From Malacoraja senta (Eukaryota), in contig CM075998.1 in NCBI GenBank assembly GCA_038087875.1, positions 1,488,001-1,552,000 of the forward strand: a stretch of DNA of 64,000 nt. Reading direction: 5' to 3'. This document shows, piece by piece, positions 59,501 through 64,000 of the stretch (the first letter of the stretch is position 1; every line of letters starts with the position of its first letter). Made by a program: the position numbers and the translations under genes. The notes below the pieces were generated by a model, which saw only the letters and a list, made by a program, of their open reading frames with translations, searched no databases and was not told the DNA's origin.

Positions 59501-62500
59501 GTTTTCATACCCCTTGAACTTTTCCACATTTTGTCACGTTACAACCACAAACGTAAATGTATTTTATTGGGATTTTATGTGATAGACCAACACAAAGTGG
59601 TGCATAATTGTGAAGTGGAAGGAAAATGATACATGGTTTTCAAATTTTTTAACAAATAAAAAACTGAAAAGTGTCGCGTGCAAAAGTATTCAGCCCCCCC
59701 TGAGTCAATACTTTGTAGAACCACCTTTCGCTGCAATTACAGCTGCAAGTCTTTTGGGGTATGTCTCTACCAGCTTTGCACATCTAGAGACTGAAATTTT
59801 TGCCCATTCTTCTTTGCAAAATAGCTCAAGCTCAGTCAGATTGGATGGAGAGCGTCTGTGAACAGCAATTTTCAAGTCTTGCCAGAGATTCTCAATTGGA
59901 TTTAGGTCTGGATTTTGACTGGGCCATTCTAACACATGAATATGCTTTGATCTAAACCATTCCATTGTAGCTCTGGCTGTATGTTTAGGGTCGTTGTCCT
60001 GCTGGAAGGTGAACCTCCGCCCCAGTCTCAAGTCTTTTGCAGACTCTAACAGGTTTTCTTCCAAGATTGCCCTGTATTTGGCTCCATCCATCTTCCCATC
60101 AACTCTGACCAGCTTCCCTGTCCCTGCTGAAGAAAAGCATCCCCACAGCATGATGCTGCCACCACCATGTTTCACAGTGGGGATGGTGTGTTCAGGGTGA
60201 TGTGCAGTGTTAGGTTTCCGCCACACATAGCGTTTTGCATTTAGGCCAAAAACTTCAATTTTGGTCTCATCTGACCAGAGCACCTTCCTCCACATGTTTG
60301 CTGTGTCCCCCACATGGCTTGTAGCAAACTGCAAACGGGACTTCTTATGGCTTTTTTTCAACAATGGCTTTCTTGCCACTCTTCCATAAAGGCCCGATTT
60401 GTGGAGTGCACGACTAATAGTTGTCCTGTGGACAGATTCTCCCACCTGAGCTGTGGATCTCTGCAGCTCCTCCAGAGTTACCATGGGCCTCTTGGCTGCT
60501 TCTCTGATCAATGCTCTCCTTGCCCGGCCTGTCAGTTTAGGTGGACGGCCATGTCTTGGTAGGTTTGCAGTTGTGCCATACTCTTTCCATTTTCGGATGA
60601 TGGATTGAACAGTGCTCTGTGAGATGTTCAAAGCTTGGGATATTTTTTTATAACCTAACCCTACTTTAAACTTCTCCACAACTTTATCCCTGGTTGTGTC
60701 TGGTGTGTTTCTTGGGCTTCATGATGCTGTTTGTTCACTAATGTTCTCTAACAAACCTCTGAGGCCTTCACAGAACAGCTGTATTTATACTGAGATTAGA
60801 TTACACACAAGTGGACTCTATTTACTAATTAGGTGACTTCTGAAGGCAATTGGTTGCACTGGATTTTATTTAGGGGTATCAGAGTAAAGGGGGCTGAATA
60901 CTTTTGCACGCGACACTTTTCCGTTTTTTATTTGTAAAAAAATTTGAAAACCATGTATCATTTTCCTTCCACTTCACAATTATGCACCACTTTGTGTTGG
61001 TCTATCACATAAAATCCCAATAAAATACATTTACGTTTGTGGTTGTAACGTGACAAAATGTGGAAAAGTTCAAGGGGTATGAATACTTTTGCAAGCCACT
61101 GTACTTCTGTATAATAAGCATCCGTGAAATGACTGCCCGCAGCATAGCCAAGGGGTAACTGTGATGGCCTGTGTCCGACCCCAATAACAATGACAGATGC
61201 CTGGGATAAGCTTAAAAAAATCAAGTTATGTCATATGGCCTAATTATTACAGAAAACAACCATTAAAGGGCCAGGTGAGAGCTCTGTATTCATATGTCAA
61301 GCAGGAGCCATCAAATAAATCCCAAAAATGATTGACAGCTTGCATTCGTACATTAAAAGCTATTTTCCCTTGGAGTGAAGCAAGAAAGTGGAATTGAAGA
61401 ATCAATTACCTGATATGCAGGTCAAGCAAGACCTGCCTTTTGTCTGCACCTGCATGCACCTGTACTCCATGAATCTTCAAAGGCTGAAAGACATTTCAGA
61501 GGCTTGATTTGATCTCCAGTCAACTACATATATTTTAACAACAATGTATTTGGAACCTATTTCCATCAGTTTGGTTTGCGGTAAACATGCTTGTTACAGC
61601 AAAAGCTTCCTGAGTGACTCAGCAAATTTAGCAAGTGAGCAGCTGAAGGTCCTATGGATTGTTGAAAAATGCCACAACCCGATATTAGAAAGGGGCTTGT
61701 TATGGTATTCATGGCAACTGATATCTACTGACCTCCACTGAAATGTGCATGAACTTGAGTATTGGTAAAGGCAGGGCGAGGCTCAACTATCATGGTGAAT
61801 TAAAAATGGAGGCATTAAACAAATAAGTATTTTTAAGGATTAACTAATTGGTAGATAAAGACATTAGATGTACAATATCTGGATTTTTCGAAAGGCATTT
61901 GGTAAGGTACCATGAATAAACTCTGCATAAAATAATGCTGATTTATCAAATATATTCGAGACCAAGATCAAAAGATCTTTGAACTTTAAGGGGATCAAGC
62001 AACATTGGCATTGTGTGTGTTGGGGGGGGGGGGGGGGGGCGAGAAAGGAAGGTGAATTTGATCTGAAGGGTCAGTCATAATCGTAATGAATGATACATTT
62101 AGATTGGACAAGCCATATGGTCTTCTCCCTGCTTCCAGACAACACATTCTTATTCAATGCATTCATTTATTGAATCCACCACTGAGCAAACCAAACTGAT
62201 TGCTATCTGGAAATCAGCTCACACATTAACACTAGCTTAAAGCTGCTTTCTAGTGCAACTTTAGTTGACAATTTCTCTTACCAATTATGGGAAGTTTGCA
62301 GAGGCCCAAATAAGAACAGGCTTACACTTTGGTGAAATGGTCATCCAGCCTGCTGATACTTGTAGTCAAGGCTCAAAATGAGAAGCACTGCCATTTGAGC
62401 ACAATACACAAGTGTGCTGGGTACGAGACTGCAGCACCAGGACCCATTTTCAAAATGGCAATAAATAGCTTGACATCCAATTATTCTGTACATACAACAT

Positions 62501-63563
62501 TCACCACATCAAACAAAGAAACTCCAGACATAAGGTGTAAAAATTAACATGTTACTGGAATAGAATTTAAATCATGCAGATATTTCATTACCTTCACTCC
62601 AAAGCAGACTTTGGTGAAGGCAAATGTTTGTAGGTGATTGTTTGAACTCCGAATAATGGGAGCGATGGAGTTTACCAACAGCTTCTCCAGGTATTGGCCA
62701 ACAAATGGCCATGCTTGCTGCAAAACCTACCAAAGAAAATATGTCTCTGTTAGATTTGTTACATTTTGGAATTTGATCTTAGATCTAACACATGCAGAAA
62801 CCCAGACAACAATTTTTCCTCATCTCATTTAGGATTCCAGGCTGCTCAGTAACCATTCACCAGGCAACATGGGGGAGCAATCCCATGGAAACTCACATTC
62901 CAAGTTTACTTCACTTCGCCTTTGTGCTTGGTGAATGGTCAATCTACACACTTTAAAACAATAAAAAAAACAATTCTAATTTAATTGGGGTTAACCAGAG
63001 ATATTTCATTTTATAGGGTTAATTCATGAAAAAAAGGCCACATTTACACCTAACCACTTGAGGGGTTAAAAGCAGGTTTAACTAGAATGAAATGTTACAC
63101 ACCAACCTATTTTATGCATTAATAGCATTAAAACTGGGGTTTTAAAACTCAGACATCACTTGACAATTGTAATTGTGTCAGAAAGAGTAGTTTTGATTCC
63201 AAGTAGATGTGAGGAATATACATTTTAATATCCCAAGTTTCACTGAATCCGACAGGATTTATCCACAAATAACAACCACTGACGGGATGTGATAGTGGAA
63301 TAGAAAAGGGTAAAAGCATTATTGAAATCCAAGCAGTGTATGTAAACAAAATATTTAAATTTGAATCCAATGATATTAAATTTGCATGACTTTTGCTAAC
63401 CCAGTCTCATTTTCCCACATGCTGGAGATACGACTTGGGTCAGTGACCTCAGTGTCTGGTTGAGCAACCTTCTATTGCACAGGTTAGAAAAGCCCCTTGT
63501 GGACAAAGTAGAAGTTCCTACCTTGTTTAACCAGTCTGCACGTTCGAGATCTTGGAAGTTGAT
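29521..63563 (-). CDS. ESYT1: extended synaptotagmin-1 (SMP + C2A-C2E), exons 2-31; exon 1 lies beyond the window
   Basis: 30 exons join in frame at GT-AG junctions; SMP domain (ERADWLNK...LHGMLRVILEPLIGDMPLVGAVTLFFIRRP), five C2 domains, ends QWFDLKEE*. Five C2 domains distinguish ESYT1 from ESYT2/3. Confidence 0.95.
30039..30088 (-). CDS. ESYT1: ESYT1 exon 30 (50 nt)
   Basis: LHIDLSLLDLSQEIVQ(W). Confidence 0.92.
30820..31010 (+). mobile_element. HE1-type tRNA-derived V-SINE
   Basis: A box tggcgcagctgg, B box ggttcaatcc, V-domain tgtatggagtttgcac...ctccctgtgacc. Confidence 0.8.
31187..31283 (-). CDS. ESYT1: ESYT1 exon 29 (97 nt)
   Basis: FEFEISLEEAEKKKLDLTVKNNVSFMSKEIGK. Confidence 0.92.
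31899..32160 (-). mobile_element. HE1-type V-SINE
   Basis: Reverse complement of the 30820 element with a CR1-like 3' tail. Confidence 0.75.
32662..32793 (-). CDS. ESYT1: ESYT1 exon 28 (132 nt, C2E polybasic patch)
   Basis: [43 protein letters not shown]. Confidence 0.94.
33232..33253 (+). repeat. (AAT)n microsatellite
   Basis: taataataataataataataat. Confidence 0.9.
34230..34322 (-). CDS. ESYT1: ESYT1 exon 27 (93 nt)
   Basis: KMDVSESPQIKLTLLYSMQQERLLLVVHSC. Confidence 0.9.
34719..35756. mobile_element. non-autonomous DNA transposon (hAT-like TAG termini), 1038 bp, 7-bp TSD
   Basis: TIRs TAGCAATGTTACAAAA / TTTTGTAACATACCTA; TSD tccaatg at 34712-34718 and 35757-35763. Confidence 0.8.
36304..36548 (-). 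CDS. ESYT1: ESYT1 exon 26 (245 nt, C2D-C2E linker)
   Basis: ILVSEHSS...SSELDLRQRMN. Confidence 0.88.
36708..36851 (-). CDS. ESYT1: ESYT1 exon 25 (144 nt)
   Basis: VKDDNHTLGTLTIPL...DKWFQLENSGPNSQIMLKVILG. Confidence 0.93.
37883..37969 (-). CDS. ESYT1: ESYT1 exon 24 (87 nt)
   Basis: VINSTDIPIWEESFSFLVRNPNADRLEVQ. Confidence 0.93.
38508..38579 (-). CDS. ESYT1: ESYT1 exon 23 (72 nt)
   Basis: LKKGKKLPSALAQLTVDHTTFKSQ. Confidence 0.92.
38807..38902 (-). CDS. ESYT1: ESYT1 exon 22 (96 nt)
   Basis: VLQANKTIFTQNEVEPSAAILSVYVDRAHELP. Confidence 0.93.
39128..39905 (-). mobile_element. Rex1/Babar-type LINE 3' fragment with a 5' fold-back
   Basis: Remnant peptide LKKVVNTAQAITGSGLPTIEAIHHSRCLKKAANIIKDPHHPGH; 36-bp inverted repeat at the 5' end. 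Confidence 0.8.
40339..40428 (-). CDS. ESYT1: ESYT1 exon 21 (90 nt)
   Basis: WFMLNDVKSGKLHLKLEWLPPSMDSIMLDQ. Confidence 0.93.
40845..41137. mobile_element. Tigger/pogo-type MITE nested in an old CR1 fragment (~40440-41290)
   Basis: ta|caggcagtccctggttac ... gtagcctggggaagtccctg|ta; TA TSD; degenerate TIRs. Confidence 0.55.
41741..41789 (-). CDS. ESYT1: ESYT1 exon 20 (49 nt)
   Basis: LKITYKDVMKNKFMDE. Confidence 0.9.
42192..42280 (+). mobile_element. Penelope-type short repeat
   Basis: gtctaaagaaaggtttcgacccgaaatgttgtcc...gagttactccagcactttgtgtc. Confidence 0.7.
42620..42710 (-). mobile_element. Penelope-type short repeat
   Basis: gacagaaaaagctggagtaactcagc...gagacccttcttcaga. Confidence 0.7.
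43332..43414 (-). CDS. ESYT1: ESYT1 exon 19 (83 nt)
   Basis: VIVNQIPGQELEFELFDKDMDRDDFLG. Confidence 0.95.
43774..43950 (-). CDS. ESYT1: ESYT1 exon 18 (177 nt, C2C)
   Basis: GVIRIHLLEAENLIAKDNFMRGMVKGKSDPYVKV...LNPKWHELYE. Confidence 0.95.
44377..45180 (-). mobile_element. CR1 LINE 3' fragment (frameshifted RT C-terminus)
   Basis: ORFs 44805-45179 and 44502-44801 (DKCEVIHFG...LYRALVRSHLEYCVQFWSP...RRMRGDLIETY); tail tagaaacatagaaa. Confidence 0.9.
45552..45749 (-). CDS. ESYT1: ESYT1 exon 17 (198 nt, C2B-C2C linker)
   Basis: VLVPDAVDLEKIP...CSVGTE; tggcag acceptor, gtatgg donor. Confidence 0.85.
45899..46098. mobile_element. palindromic Penelope-type insertion with 16-bp TSD
   Basis: TSD tacctttgttcagtga at 45883-45898 and 46099-46114; ~70-bp inverted arms around a hammerhead-like core. 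Confidence 0.8.
46833..46982 (-). CDS. ESYT1: ESYT1 exon 16 (150 nt)
   Basis: VKDDDRQLSLGSLSL...DQWFPLEHSGRNSQIYLKIIMR. Confidence 0.93.
47770..47870 (+). mobile_element. L2/SINE 3' tail with (TAT)n
   Basis: tgtaaagcgccttgagtattagaaaggcgctatataaat followed by (tat)n. Confidence 0.65.
48078..48164 (-). CDS. ESYT1: ESYT1 exon 15 (87 nt)
   Basis: TVYNTNAPAWEDAFTFFVQNPQQQELDIQ. Confidence 0.93.
48300..48700 (+). mobile_element. degenerate Deu-domain SINE
   Basis: gtgggctcaagtcccac, gcaatactgagggaaggctgcattgt, taaactgaggcc, ctacttcgaagaagag, gcactttgggatgtc. Confidence 0.6.
49197..49268 (-). CDS. ESYT1: ESYT1 exon 14 (72 nt)
   Basis: LKQGTKEPNPLVQASLLDKTFESR. Confidence 0.92.
49507..49602 (-). 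CDS. ESYT1: ESYT1 exon 13 (96 nt)
   Basis: ALRVNNSIGAQNSEEPSAAIMVVYVDQAQDLP. Confidence 0.92.
49725..49827 (-). mobile_element. Penelope-type short repeat with hammerhead core and 14-bp TSD
   Basis: TSD ctgtaaagttactg at 49711-49724 and 49828-49841; minus strand CTGAAGA-a-GGGT-ttcg-GCCC-GAAA-CGTT. Confidence 0.8.
50075..50164 (-). CDS. ESYT1: ESYT1 exon 12 (90 nt)
   Basis: WFTLKDVERGKVHLKLEWLTLYADPAKLEQ. Confidence 0.93.
50918..50966 (-). CDS. ESYT1: ESYT1 exon 11 (49 nt)
   Basis: MQLDLGEVLKNQIVDE. Confidence 0.92.
51475..51557 (-). CDS. ESYT1: ESYT1 exon 10 (83 nt)
   Basis: VIVHEVPGQLLEIEMFDKDPDQDDFLG. Confidence 0.95.
51956..52132 (-). CDS. ESYT1: ESYT1 exon 9 (177 nt, C2A)
   Basis: GIVRIHLIEG...KGKSDPYAIVRVG...LNPKWNEMYE. 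Confidence 0.95.
52311..53865 (-). mobile_element. young 5'-truncated CR1 LINE with a 369-aa open RT segment
   Basis: ORF 52581-53690: QHGF, YLDFQKAFD, GVLQGSVLGP, KFADD; tail agacaatagacaatag; frameshift near 52605. Confidence 0.95.
53897..54017 (-). CDS. ESYT1: ESYT1 exon 8 (121 nt)
   Basis: SKSDTVLMDTIASFLVLPNRI...LRSPLPR. Confidence 0.93.
54385..54700 (+). mobile_element. HE1-type V-SINE (degenerate)
   Basis: cagtgccagagacc...ctgtgtggagtttgcattctccctgtgacc...gggtgctccggttcc. Confidence 0.75.
54993..55048 (-). CDS. ESYT1: ESYT1 exon 7 (56 nt)
   Basis: VLEINWTGLTNFLDIPGL. Confidence 0.93.
55864..55953 (-). CDS. ESYT1: ESYT1 exon 6 (90 nt)
   Basis: LHGMLRVILEPLIGDMPLVGAVTLFFIRRP. Confidence 0.95.
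56910..56982 (-). CDS. ESYT1: ESYT1 exon 5 (73 nt)
   Basis: YIGDCEINVEVKKYFCKAGVNGIQ. Confidence 0.93.
58440..58625 (-). mobile_element. rearranged HE1-type SINE fragment
   Basis: gactgtgtgga...ccgggtgcttcgg...ccaaagacgtacaggtttgtaggttaattggc...ctgtatctctaaagtctaaa; HE1 motifs read on +, so the orientation call is weak. Confidence 0.45.
59486..61101 (-). mobile_element. full-length Tc1/mariner element (Passport-like, IR/DR type), 1616 bp
   Basis: TA TSD at 59484-59485 and 61102-61103; ~213-bp near-perfect TIRs starting CAGTGGCTTGCAAAAG with inner and outer direct repeats; internal transposase. Confidence 0.97.
59705..60722 (-). pseudogene. DD34E Tc1 transposase with a +1 frameshift near codon 9-10
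   Basis: ATG at 60722 (MKPKKHTR) stops at codon 13; shifted frame is open for 324 aa with GRPPK, WSDETK, FQQDNDPKH, NPDLNPIE (34 residues between the second D and E), ends KGGSTKY*. Confidence 0.9.
61410..61483 (-). CDS. ESYT1: ESYT1 exon 4 (74 nt)
   Basis: PLKIHGVQVHAGADKRQVLLDLHI. Confidence 0.92.
62592..62726 (-). CDS. ESYT1: ESYT1 exon 3 (135 nt)
   Basis: VLQQAWPFVGQYLEKLL...FTKVCFGVK. Confidence 0.93.
63522..63563 (-). CDS. ESYT1: ESYT1 exon 2 (42 nt)
   Basis: INFQDLERADWLNK. Confidence 0.92.
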
Positions 63564-63906
63564 CTGTGAAAAGGAAACATTGCCAATTTTTAATAAACCA
63601 ATCAATAAATCAATCCAGGGTGTTCACAGCATTTACAATGCAGCTTTCTCCAGAGTGTTTACGTAATTCTCTCTTGTACTCTTTGGAATTAAGTTTACAC
63701 AAAAATCTCTGCCTTGGAAATGACCCTGCATGGTGTCATGTTTGATCCTTTCAATATTTCTCAACGCAAACACACGCTTTAGTTAAGGTGAAAATCTTCA
63801 CAATACCTCTCATGATATTAATAATCACAAGTGGCCTGAGGAAGACTCACCCTAGCATCAGATAAAACAGCAAATAGTCGAAGCAAATTGCTATTTAATA
63901 TTGTTT

Positions 63907-64000
63907 AAGAAGGAACTGCAGGTGCTGGAAAATCGAAGGTAGACAAATGCTGGAGAAACTCAGCGGGTGCAGCAGCATCTATGGAGCGAAGGAAATAGGC
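63907..64000 (-). mobile_element. Penelope-type short repeat, cut by the window edge
   Basis: aatgctggagaaactcagcgggtgcagcagcatctatggagcgaaggaaataggc, near-identical to the 49725 copy. Confidence 0.75.

Overview
Vertebrate genomic DNA, most likely a cartilaginous fish such as a skate or ray (inferred from HE1/V-SINEs, Deu-SINEs, CR1 and Rex/Babar LINEs and short Penelope-type repeats). It holds (1) the 3' exons of a Na+-coupled bicarbonate transporter, best matching SLC4A8, on + (87 to ~14.6 kb); (2) an unrecognised ~8-exon gene on + (16.78-25.89 kb, ~231 aa) starting in a CpG island; (3) 30 exons (2-31) of extended synaptotagmin-1 (ESYT1) on - (63563 to 29521), with every GT-AG junction and phase checked by hand. 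Mobile elements include a nearly intact Passport-like DD34E Tc1 element, a fold-back element with two opposed THAP remnants, a non-autonomous DNA element with a 7-bp TSD, an RTE-derived short element with an HDV-like ribozyme fold, and many Penelope-type repeats with minimal hammerhead cores. Family and orthology calls rest on recalled consensus sequences, not on database searches.
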